Below are positions 47,246 through 55,805 of a stretch of DNA of 64,000 nucleotides, piece after piece. Location of the stretch: NCBI GenBank assembly GCA_031385045.1, contig JANNBC010000054.1, forward strand, positions 61,562 through 125,561. Direction: 5' to 3'. Under the pieces are notes generated by a model. The model did no database searches and was not told the DNA's origin. It saw nothing but the letters and a program-made list of their open reading frames with translations. Source of the stretch: a bacterium. Its GTDB lineage: Bacteria > Bdellovibrionota_C > UBA2361 > CALJRW01. Positions within the stretch are counted from its first letter, which is position 1. Every line of letters starts with the position of its first letter. The translations under genes and the position numbers were made by a program.

Positions 47246-47510
47246 TAGTCATTCCAAAAAGTAATTTCCGCTAGGAAATTAAAATCATAGAGTTATGATT
47301 ATAGTAGCGACCAGAGGGTTTAACCCCCGAAGCCCGAAAGGCGAAGGAGGTAGCCAAAGGAAAAATATAGTAAACCCAAGTATAAACTCTGTTAAACCAA
47401 AGGTTTAGCAAGGATCGTTCTTGAATTATACTAATTCCTTCAGGGATTCAATTGACTCCTGAGGTATTTATTTTTGCTGATTTTTCGGAAATTACTTTTT
47501 GGGTTTACTA
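47246..47510. mobile_element. 265-bp composite MITE carrying a 33-bp REP insert (47319-47351)
   Basis: Near-identical reverse complement of 7756-7987 plus the insert; TA at 47244-45 and 47511-12. Confidence 0.92.
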
Positions 47511-47532
47511 TATTCCCTTCCAGGATCTTGCT

Positions 47533-48309
47533 ATGCACTTAATCAAAAAAACTATTCTTACTTTAATCACATCATTGCTGATTAGTCTGCTCTTTACTAG
47601 CTGTGGAAGTATTAATAAATTATTAAAAGCTGATCCCGCCCCACCAGCAGGATTTATTGAACATCCTGAATATTTAAAAGAGTGGCGTGACCACGCCCCG
47701 TTTCATGGTATTTGGTTTCAGGATAAAGAAACATTTGATCAAATCAGAGGCAAATTTAAAACAGTTTATTTTGCGCCCGTCACTACTGACTTTATTGAAA
47801 AACAGGGTTGGTGGAGTTCTCTAAATACTGCTGACTACGAAAGTTATAAAAAAGAATTAAGCATGTTAGCTCGCTACACAAAAAAATCTATGGAAAAAGC
47901 TTTTCGAACGGATCCCAAGAAAGCACAAAAGGTTGTTAAGTCACCACAAAAAGATACAATAGTTTACGAGATAGCGATTGTGGAAGTAATTGCTACCAAA
48001 GCGCATCTCAATGCGATTGGCTCAGTACTAGGGGCAGTCGTGCCAGGTGGCGGCCTTGTAGCATCAACTGCTAAGGGAAGTATTGCAATTGAAGTTAAAG
48101 TTTATGATGGTGAAACTAATGAGCTAATGATTGCCTGGGCCGATCGAGAGCAAGACCCAAGCACAATCTTTAGCTTAGCTGATTTTAGTTGCTTTGATCA
48201 TGCCAAGGAAAGTATCGACAACTGGGCAGAGCAACTAGTGACTCTTCATAATTCAACAACCAAAGATCGTGTTGAAGATAGCTCTCCATTTAGCTTTCTA
48301 CCCTTTTAA
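47533..48309 (+). CDS. DUF3313-like lipoprotein
   Basis: Lipobox FTSC; GF.., G..A.E....D..T.E, W..Q patterns. Confidence 0.7.
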   Translation: MHLIKKTILTLITSLLISLLFTSCGSINKLLKADPAPPAGFIEHPEYLKEWRDHAPFHGIWFQDKETFDQIRGKFKTVYFAPVTTDFIEKQGWWSSLNTADYESYKKELSMLARYTKKSMEKAFRTDPKKAQKVVKSPQKDTIVYEIAIVEVIATKAHLNAIGSVLGAVVPGGGLVASTAKGSIAIEVKVYDGETNELMIAWADREQDPSTIFSLADFSCFDHAKESIDNWAEQLVTLHNSTTKDRVEDSSPFSFLPF

Positions 48310-48329
48310 AACTTAGATTAAATATATCA

Positions 48330-48908
48330 ATGAAAAAAATAACTCGCTGCTCTTGGGTTGGAACTGATAAACCACATTACGAACAATATCATGACGAGGA
48401 ATGGGGAATTTCAGTCCATGACGACCGTAAACTTTTTGAATTCTTAATCTTAGAAGGAGCCCAAGCTGGCCTTAACTGGGAAACAATCCTTAAACGCCGT
48501 GCCGGATATAAAAAGGCTTTCTGCAACTTTGATCCTAAAAAAGTATCAAAGCTTAGCGATCAGGATCTAGAAAAACTAATGTTCAATGCTGAAATTATTC
48601 GTAATCGACTAAAGATTTTTTCAACTCGTAAAAATGCCCTTGTCTTTCTAGAAATCCAAAAAGAATTTGGTTCTTTTAGTGCTTACCTCTGGGGTTTCAT
48701 AAATAATCGAAAAATTATTAATAAATGGAAGAAACTAGCCGATGCACCTACCGAAACTAAGGAAAGTCAGGCCATCTCCAAAGATCTAAAAAAACGTGGC
48801 ATGACCTTTGTAGGCTCAACAATTATCTACGCCTATATGCAAGCAACTGGCCTAGTCAATGATCATGTCATTGACTGTCACTGCTATAAGCGATGCTGTA
48901 AACAATAA
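48330..48908 (+). CDS. tag: DNA-3-methyladenine glycosylase I
   Basis: RC.W, YHDEEWG, LEGAQAGL.W, IIRNRLKI, FVGSTI.YA.MQA.G.VNDH. Confidence 0.96.
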   Translation: MKKITRCSWVGTDKPHYEQYHDEEWGISVHDDRKLFEFLILEGAQAGLNWETILKRRAGYKKAFCNFDPKKVSKLSDQDLEKLMFNAEIIRNRLKIFSTRKNALVFLEIQKEFGSFSAYLWGFINNRKIINKWKKLADAPTETKESQAISKDLKKRGMTFVGSTIIYAYMQATGLVNDHVIDCHCYKRCCKQ

Positions 48909-48916
48909 CTGTATTT

Positions 48917-49552
48917 ATGGAAAAAGTAATTTTACTTCATGGCATCTTTCTACATGAGTACATGATGAACTCCCTTGCTAAGAATCTTCGTAAGAATGGA
49001 TATGAAGTGCTAAATGTTGGCTATCCATCTCGTCGCCATACAATTAGAGAATTAACTCAGATTGTTAAACAAAAAGTTGCTCCAACTTTTGAGTCTTCAG
49101 ATAAAATCCATTTAGTGGGATTCTCCATGGGTGGTTTAATTTGGCGCTCGATCCTAGCAGAGATTCAACCAAAGAATGTGGGACGACTTGTCATGATTGC
49201 AACTCCCAACAATGGGAGTGAAGTTGCTGATCGCTTACACAAAAACACACTAGTAAAATTTTTCTATGGTCCTGCACTTGAGGATCTCCAAACAACTTCT
49301 GCTAATAAAATACCTAGCTTAATTGATAGCCAAATCGAATTCGGAATAATTGCTGGAAACAAACCTAGTAATTCATTATTTAATAGTTTCTTCACTAGTG
49401 AAAATGACGGCACGGTAGCAGTGCAAAGTACCCATCATACCGGAAAAAAAGACCACATCGTTTTACCTTTTGATCATACCTTTGCCCCATTTTACAATAA
49501 AGTTCAGCAACAAACCTTACATTTCCTAAAAAACGGCAATTTTCAACACTAA
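48917..49552 (+). CDS. Alpha/beta hydrolase (lipase-like)
   Basis: LLHGI, GFSMGG, TPNNGS, NDGTV, terminal His. Confidence 0.88.
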   Translation: MEKVILLHGIFLHEYMMNSLAKNLRKNGYEVLNVGYPSRRHTIRELTQIVKQKVAPTFESSDKIHLVGFSMGGLIWRSILAEIQPKNVGRLVMIATPNNGSEVADRLHKNTLVKFFYGPALEDLQTTSANKIPSLIDSQIEFGIIAGNKPSNSLFNSFFTSENDGTVAVQSTHHTGKKDHIVLPFDHTFAPFYNKVQQQTLHFLKNGNFQH

Positions 49553-49579
49553 TTCTACTTGCTTACTTGATATGACTCA

Positions 49580-49724
49580 GGCTTTTCAAATCCTCGATTC
49601 CTGTCACGCCACAGCTTTAGCGTAGGCGGATATCGAGGTTTGAATGCCTAAAAACAACAAATATAGTAAATCCAACAGAATTTTCGAAAAACTTTTTCGA
49701 AAATTACTTCTTGGGTTTACTATA
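49580..49724 (+). repeat. Composite repeat copy 2: REP hairpin plus 59-bp mini-MITE (49664-49722)
   Basis: Matches 2521-2666 with compensatory stem changes. Confidence 0.9.
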
Positions 49725-49760
49725 TTTCCAAATTAATTTAAAAATATCCCCTCAAATTAT

Positions 49761-49850
49761 GGAGAGGTGGCCGAGCGGTTGAAGGCGCAAGCCTGGAAAG
49801 TTTGTATACCAGCAATGGTATCGGGGGTTCGAATCCCCCTCTCTCCTCCA
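49761..49850 (+). tRNA. tRNA-Ser(GGA)
   Basis: GGAGAGG acceptor, CAAGC-CTGGAAA-GTTTG anticodon arm, long variable arm, encoded CCA. Confidence 0.95.
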
Positions 49851-50004
49851 TCCTAACTGCTTTCTTTGAAAGCAGTTAGGATGGAGCCACGGCGTAGTTA
49901 GTCTTTGCAAAGCAAAGACGTAACGAAGACGGGCTGATTGCTAACAAGTGGATTTAATGCCACGCCGAAACTGGCTTGTCCTCCGAAGCCTTAGCGCAGG
50001 AGGA
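49846..50004 (+). repeat. 19-bp perfect palindrome plus two REP-like hairpins behind tRNA-Ser(GGA)
   Basis: ctccatcctaactgctttc-ttt-gaaagcagttaggatggag; CGTAG..CGAAG hairpin 49887-49933; tcctccgaagccttagcgcaggagga 49979-50004. Confidence 0.85.
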
Positions 50005-50080
50005 AGGAAGCAACGGCGGGCAGATAAGAACACGATCCGCCTAACAACGTGAACAGTTAATAGAGCGCACAGTAGCGAAA

Positions 50081-50698
50081 TTAAATACTTATTCCAAGCC
50101 TACCAAGCTCCCTGTCATGCTTCGCCCCCAGCACCAACTGAGAAATAATTGCCCCAATCAAACAAAGAAACATATCCCATTGTGTATCCCAGATATCGCC
50201 CTGAGTTCCTAAAAAACTATCAGCTTTCGATCCTTCCAGAACAGAAATGAACCATTCAAATAACTCAAAACTAGCACTAAAGGCTAGGCAAATAGAAGTA
50301 ACAAATAAAAAAAGCCACCCTTTAGGTAAAATTAATTTTCTCTTAATAATTTCTCGGGCAAAAATTGCTGGAATAAACCCCTGAGCAAAATGCCCAATCC
50401 GATCATAGTTATTTCTGGTAAACCCAAAAATATTTTTCATCCATTCTCCCAGAGGAACTAATTCATAAGTATAATGAGCACCAATCATTAAAATCACTGC
50501 ATGTATAAAAATTAATTTATACAGTAGTGACGTTAATCTAAATGATTTATGGGTATAAATTATTATTGGAAAGATAATTAAAATTGGGATTACTTCAAGT
50601 AGCCAAGTGTGCGGATCATTAGCACCAAATCTTGAGATGACAAAAAGGCCAATAGTAAGAAACAATAAGTTTCTATTTAACGTAAAAAATTTGAGCAT
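50081..50698 (-). CDS. DUF2238 (YjdF-like) membrane protein
   Basis: TWLLE..P, GAHYTY..VP.G, RNNYDRIGHF.QG, FLGTQGDIWDTQWDM. Confidence 0.92.
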   Translation of the reverse strand: MLKFFTLNRNLLFLTIGLFVISRFGANDPHTWLLEVIPILIIFPIIIYTHKSFRLTSLLYKLIFIHAVILMIGAHYTYELVPLGEWMKNIFGFTRNNYDRIGHFAQGFIPAIFAREIIKRKLILPKGWLFLFVTSICLAFSASFELFEWFISVLEGSKADSFLGTQGDIWDTQWDMFLCLIGAIISQLVLGAKHDRELGRLGISI

Positions 50699-50880
50699 AA
50701 GGAGAGTAATAGATTGTCCCCTAAAAACTTTAATCTCCATTTGCGAAACCTTCAATGCTTAATAAGTAAATGGATTTAATATTCATAAAAACAGTGAAAT
50801 AAACTAGTTAACTATTTAATATTACATTAGAATTAAAAATTTTCTTGAATAAGTGTATAACTAATTATATACTTAAACTA

Positions 50881-51261
50881 ATGAAATTTTCTCAATCTAA
50901 TATCTTTAGTACAACAAACCTAGAAATTATCCGATGTCTCTACCTAAGTGACTTCCCAGTTCCACTTCGCGAAATCGCTTATCGAACTAATCTTCAAATT
51001 CGAACAGTGCAACTTGCACTGCAAAAGTTTTTAAAACAAAAGATTGTTCAAAAAAAACGACAAGGACAATGGACTTCTTTTACTATTAGGAAAGATGATC
51101 CCTATATTATTTTGATTAATGAATTTATTGAAAAGCAAAATATTATAGAATTAAATCTTGCTTCTACACGATATTCAGAAAGAGCTACATATGCCCTCCC
51201 AAATATTCTTAATATGTATGAATTAGTAACGAGAGCTAAAAAAGATTATGAATCTAGGTGA
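50881..51261 (+). CDS. Winged-HTH protein (putative antitoxin/regulator)
   Basis: LREIAYRTNL..RTVQLAL..F HTH; overlaps the next gene. Confidence 0.7.
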   Translation: MKFSQSNIFSTTNLEIIRCLYLSDFPVPLREIAYRTNLQIRTVQLALQKFLKQKIVQKKRQGQWTSFTIRKDDPYIILINEFIEKQNIIELNLASTRYSERATYALPNILNMYELVTRAKKDYESR

Positions 51262-51886
51262 TATTTTTGAATATGCCATTAAAGAACTACAAGAACGTAA
51301 ATGTGAATTTGCGGTTGCTGGTGGATTAACCTCGTCCGTGTATCGTAGCGAAGTTAGATTAACGATGGATGCGGATATACTAATTTATTCTGGTAGCGAC
51401 TCTCAAAAAGTTGCCGAAGAAATTTTAAAAAAAATTAATTACTCCGCCTCTCCAGCAACAATTGCCAATCTTTCACCCGCTCCTCGTATGAATAAGAAAT
51501 CCCTACCAAATCTGATAATTGTAGGTCGCCCTAAATTGCAGGGAGATATTGGGCTTGATTTCATTCTCCCAGATATGCCTTGGTTTCCAAAAGCAATTAC
51601 TCGAGCACAAAACAATTTAATTGATTTTGGATTTGGAAAAATTCCTTGTTTAACAATTGAGGATTTTATTATTTCAAAGTTATTTGCTTATCAATTATCT
51701 CCAAAAAGAATCAAGGATCTAGAAGATCTAACTTCAGTCTTTCAGAAAGATGCGAAACTAGATCTTTCCTATCTTTGTGCTGAGCTAGAAAGATTAAAAA
51801 TTGGAATACCAAAAGAACTCTATCAGATAGCCCCTAAAGCACTAAGAGTCCTGACCAAAAGAATAAATGGAAAAGCTAAATCATAA
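51248..51886 (+). CDS. Pol-beta superfamily nucleotidyltransferase (AbiEii/DUF6036-like)
   Basis: AVAGG....Y...R.T.D.D, ED.I.SKL, R.KD..D. Confidence 0.78.
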   Translation: MNLGDIFEYAIKELQERKCEFAVAGGLTSSVYRSEVRLTMDADILIYSGSDSQKVAEEILKKINYSASPATIANLSPAPRMNKKSLPNLIIVGRPKLQGDIGLDFILPDMPWFPKAITRAQNNLIDFGFGKIPCLTIEDFIISKLFAYQLSPKRIKDLEDLTSVFQKDAKLDLSYLCAELERLKIGIPKELYQIAPKALRVLTKRINGKAKS

Positions 51887-51910
51887 ATCCCAGAATAATC
51901 GTTTAGAATA

Positions 51911-52138
51911 CTACCGATCTTTATACAATTCTTTTTCCAAACTCTCCGCCACCTTTAAGATATCTGGCGAATAAGTTTTAGCTTTAACGGCTGCTTTGAT
52001 TGCAGCAATCTTAGCTTTTCTTTCCGGAGTTAATTCTGGAGTGAAGCTGACTTCAATTTCTTCAACAAGCTTAGGTATTAAAGTTCGAGCGTTATACGAG
52101 GTAATACTTTTAAGGTGTTTTTTTGCACTGTTTTTCAT
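51911..52138 (-). CDS. FlgM-like anti-sigma28 protein
   Basis: ERKAKIAAIKAAVKAKTYSPDILKVAESL matches the FlgM C-terminal pattern R..KV..IK.AI..G.Y..D...IA..L. Confidence 0.65.
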   Translation of the reverse strand: MKNSAKKHLKSITSYNARTLIPKLVEEIEVSFTPELTPERKAKIAAIKAAVKAKTYSPDILKVAESLEKELYKDR

Positions 52139-52408
52139 TTTCTTTTTATAAGGCACAAGTTGACCGATATTGTTCAAATAGTAACTTACTGACGCAAATA
52201 AAATAATTGCCTTCAATAAATGTTATGAGTAGATTTTGCTGACCTGTAACCCTATCTGAACACAAGAATAACACTTGGGGCCTAAAGCCCCAAGATAAAA
52301 CCAATTGAAAAAGTGAAAAAAACCTGTAGTTTACCATCGTCGCTTTATTTAAGGGACTTAAGCACTTTTTTCAAAAAGATTTTTAACCCCTAACCGCCTA
52401 ATATTACA

Positions 52409-52873
52409 ATGAAAATAAAATTGATCTGCGGTTTTAAATTAAAGCAGGAAGAACTGCTAAAACTAGAACAATCATATCTAAAGCGCCTAAAAAACGAGTA
52501 TCGGCTAGAGATCCTTGAAGTTCCCTACACAAAAAATCAATCTGCAGAGGAAATTAAAAATAGGCATCCCGCAGAACTACTCGCCAAATCCTCCCCTAGT
52601 GCCTTTAAAGTCCTTTTGGCTGAAGACGGTAAATCTATGACAACAAATCAATTGGCTAATTTAGTTGACGAGAAAAAATTAAATGGCTTAAATGAATTAC
52701 ATATCTTCATTGGTGGACCATATGGAATCTCCAAAGAAGCTTATACATTGTTTAATTTGCAACTAAATATTTCGTTGATGACATTCACAGCGGAATTTTG
52801 TAGGTTGAACATCATTGAACAAATTTATCGCTTGCAATGCATCAGTTTAGGCGTTCCGTATCATAAAGAGTAA
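52409..52873 (+). CDS. rlmH: 23S rRNA pseudouridine-1915 N3-methyltransferase
   Basis: Y.KRL, F.IGGPYG, S.MTF, EQIYR, PYHK. Confidence 0.9.
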   Translation: MKIKLICGFKLKQEELLKLEQSYLKRLKNEYRLEILEVPYTKNQSAEEIKNRHPAELLAKSSPSAFKVLLAEDGKSMTTNQLANLVDEKKLNGLNELHIFIGGPYGISKEAYTLFNLQLNISLMTFTAEFCRLNIIEQIYRLQCISLGVPYHKE

Positions 52874-52877
52874 ACAT

Positions 52878-53339
52878 ATGTCAGCAAAAACAAAGCCTAC
52901 AAACTTAATACTGAAATCAATTACTGGAGATAAGGATCCAGTTCGGCTAATTGAAGATTTTATTCATGATTTAGGTTTTGACTCTGAGGAATGTTTGAAT
53001 ATCCGAAGTGCTGAAACTTGTCGCTGGGTAGTTCCTTTAAATGATGAAGTTCAATTAGAATTATTGCTAGAAAATATTAAACAAGTCTTTGGCACGATTC
53101 TTTACATGGGTGTAAATATATCTACCGTCCCGCTTAAAGATACTCAGAATTTCTTAATCCAAGCCTTAGAAACTGCAGACTCGCTAATTGGTGTTAAGGT
53201 AAGTGTTGTCGGTCACTTCTTAGTACTAAGTAGTACAGCAAACCTGCATGACAAAAATATTTCTGATATTAATTATCAAATGACTGAGCTTCTGCAACAA
53301 AGTGCTTGGTTTCAAAGTGCCCTTACCGGGAATGAATAG
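52878..53339 (+). CDS. YbjN/CesT-like (T3SS chaperone fold) protein
   Basis: Small acidic alpha-beta-beta-beta-alpha-beta-beta-alpha pattern, judged by eye. Confidence 0.45.
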   Translation: MSAKTKPTNLILKSITGDKDPVRLIEDFIHDLGFDSEECLNIRSAETCRWVVPLNDEVQLELLLENIKQVFGTILYMGVNISTVPLKDTQNFLIQALETADSLIGVKVSVVGHFLVLSSTANLHDKNISDINYQMTELLQQSAWFQSALTGNE

Positions 53340-54093
53340 TTTCTAAAAATTCGCATAAAATCTTAGTAAATTGCTTTGGTGCTTGTAAATGCACGTTATG
53401 TCCAGTGCCGGGAACAGTTACTTGCTGAACTATCGACAAAATTTTTTGTACCTTCTTGGCAATCTCTAAAAACTTTGTATCTGACTCGCCGTTAATTAGA
53501 GTAACCGGACAATCAATTAAGCTTAGATCTTCCCAATAACTAGGCATTAAGCCCAGAGAAAGTTCCTGTAAGACCTTGGCAGTTAATTGCGGATCTTGTT
53601 TAAGCTTACTTGTAATAATTACTTCCTGCTCAATCTGGCTATAAGCAAAGATTGGATTTTGGTACCACCTTCTTAGAAAGTTAACCCAACCTTTAGCGCC
53701 TATCTCCTTAGCAAGAGTCTGATCAGCCAACGCTCTTTTTGCCCTTTCTTCTAAATCAATAATACCAGGATTAAAACTCTCTAAAAATAATCCTGAATAT
53801 TTTGAAGGACTTTTTAAATATGAACCAAATGCCAATCTAGCTCCCAAAGAATATCCTACTAATATTTTATTCTTAATCGGTAAGGCATCTAATTTACTTA
53901 CTAAAGAAGTAAGAAAGTCTTGGTAGCTAAGCTTTTGCTCCAGTGGATAGTCAGAGAAAAGATCTACCGAATAGATAGTAAATGGCAAGTTAAGGGTACT
54001 GACAATCTGAGTAAACTCATCCACTTCACTTAAGAATCCAGGAATAAAAATAATTCCTGTGGGGTGATTATTAGCAATATGTCTAACTAGCAT
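53323..54093 (-). CDS. menH: SHCHC synthase (alpha/beta hydrolase)
   Basis: GYSLGAR, R..R...D, F...WY..P.F, GE.D.KF, GHNVH; next to menD. Confidence 0.88.
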   Translation of the reverse strand: MLVRHIANNHPTGIIFIPGFLSEVDEFTQIVSTLNLPFTIYSVDLFSDYPLEQKLSYQDFLTSLVSKLDALPIKNKILVGYSLGARLAFGSYLKSPSKYSGLFLESFNPGIIDLEERAKRALADQTLAKEIGAKGWVNFLRRWYQNPIFAYSQIEQEVIITSKLKQDPQLTAKVLQELSLGLMPSYWEDLSLIDCPVTLINGESDTKFLEIAKKVQKILSIVQQVTVPGTGHNVHLQAPKQFTKILCEFLETIHSR

Positions 54094-55805
54094 TTCATAA
54101 AAAAAGTACTGGCTTCTGTTCCCTCGGTAACAATCTCTGTAAAACTACTGCCATTTTGTTGATTAATAATTTCTAATCGACTGGATAGTTCTGCCATATT
54201 TTGTACGCGACAAAAATCTACTTTAAAGGACTCCGCAATTTTTTGGTAATCGTAATTTTGCTGATTAACAAGTAGTGAGTTAATCACTTTTTCATTTAAG
54301 ATATTAAAGACTGCTCCCCCGGCATTATTAATTAAAATAAGATGGAAATTATCCTTAGGAAACAATGCTAAGGCTGTCAGATCATGATTTAGAGCTTGAT
54401 CGCCAATTAACAAATATGTTTTTTGTTGAGTGGCATCCCTTGCGCCTAGGGCCGAAGAAAGAACTCCGTCAATTCCAACGCAACCTCGGTTAGAGCGAAC
54501 TGTAATATTTCGATCTTTTAACTCAGCAAAATATTCTAATTCTCTAAAAATTAAGCTCGAAGAATGATAAATCAAAGAATGATCAGTGACACTCTTGACG
54601 GTCTGGTAGACAGCGGAAGCTTCTTGGTACTTATTACTAAATCCTACCGTTGTCTTAGTTGACTGCTCCGCCTCTTTTGCTTGCCAACAGGCGGCATAAT
54701 CTGAATCATCCTTAACAGGTAATTTATATTCTAGTGCCTTAGTATAATCGACAAGACTTACAAAAAAGTGATAATCAAAATTTATAAATTCATTCTCAAT
54801 TGCATCTTGTCTGAGATTACTTTCTGAAAATAAATACTTAGGACAATCTTGTTTACCAATAAACCTTCTCAGATTCTCTGAAACAACACGATCCCCAAAA
54901 TAAAGAATTAAATCAGGATTAAAATCGACGGAAAGTTCCTTTAAATATAAATTATAAAGTGAAAGCGCTTGAGACTTTCCTCTTAAGTTTGAATCAATAT
55001 CTGCCAAGATTGGTGCTTTAATTTTTTTAGCTAACTGATTAAGCACTACCGCGTTAGCTGGGCTTTGAGGTCCAGCAATAATTAAAGTTTTCCTAGATAA
55101 ACTTAAATCATTAGCTAAGAGATCTAGCGAGCCTAAATCTGGAACTGGTTGATAATTAACAAATGTCCGAAAGGGGCGTTTGCGCATCGCCCAAGTAGTT
55201 AAAATATTCCGTTGTTCTTCTGAAGCCTGATTAAATTCAAAAGTATCTTCTGTGTAAGGTTTTCGATAAACTAAGTTTAAATGAACTGGTCCAGCTGGCA
55301 TGGATTTCGCAGTTGCAATTAACTGATCCAAATTAGATAGCAGTGCTTCTGCAGAGAAATCTTCGGAGAGAGCTGGAAGATTTAAATTTAACTTTGAGAA
55401 CTCTTGGTAGAAATTTTGTTGATTAATAGTTTGATTGGCTCTGGAATTTTGTAATTCCCAGGGACGATCGCAAGTAATTATTAATAGCGGAGCTTGGTCA
55501 TGAAAAGCTTCCATCACCCCTGGTAATAAATTCCCTAATGCAGTTCCTGAGGTAACTAATAAGACTACTGGTTGCTTGGTTGTTTTTGCAAAGGCTTTAG
55601 CCCAAAAGGCTAGCTGTCTTTCATCATTAAATAGCTTGATGTTAGTTTTAGGATGTTGATGGATAGCATTTAAGAGAGGCAGCATGCGTGCACCTGGAGC
55701 AACTGCATATTGAGTCACATCTAATCGATAAAGCTCTTCCACAATTAGTCGGCTCGCTAAATCTTGAAACCCCTTTAACTCAGCAAATAATTTTTGTTCT
55801 AACAT
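54087..55805 (-). CDS. menD: SEPHCHC synthase
   Basis: PG.R..PL, DER, TSGTA..N, DRP.EL, NQTI.Q, GPVHLN, NRG..GIDG, GD....D, NNAGG. Confidence 0.92.
   Translation of the reverse strand: MLEQKLFAELKGFQDLASRLIVEELYRLDVTQYAVAPGARMLPLLNAIHQHPKTNIKLFNDERQLAFWAKAFAKTTKQPVVLLVTSGTALGNLLPGVMEAFHDQAPLLIITCDRPWELQNSRANQTINQQNFYQEFSKLNLNLPALSEDFSAEALLSNLDQLIATAKSMPAGPVHLNLVYRKPYTEDTFEFNQASEEQRNILTTWAMRKRPFRTFVNYQPVPDLGSLDLLANDLSLSRKTLIIAGPQSPANAVVLNQLAKKIKAPILADIDSNLRGKSQALSLYNLYLKELSVDFNPDLILYFGDRVVSENLRRFIGKQDCPKYLFSESNLRQDAIENEFINFDYHFFVSLVDYTKALEYKLPVKDDSDYAACWQAKEAEQSTKTTVGFSNKYQEASAVYQTVKSVTDHSLIYHSSSLIFRELEYFAELKDRNITVRSNRGCVGIDGVLSSALGARDATQQKTYLLIGDQALNHDLTALALFPKDNFHLILINNAGGAVFNILNEKVINSLLVNQQNYDYQKIAESFKVDFCRVQNMAELSSRLEIINQQNGSSFTEIVTEGTEASTFFMKC

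Noticed and set aside
47452..47532. 27-aa N-terminal extension of the DUF3313-like gene
   Set aside because: Starts at a TTG inside the MITE; ATG 47533 gives a normal lipoprotein signal.
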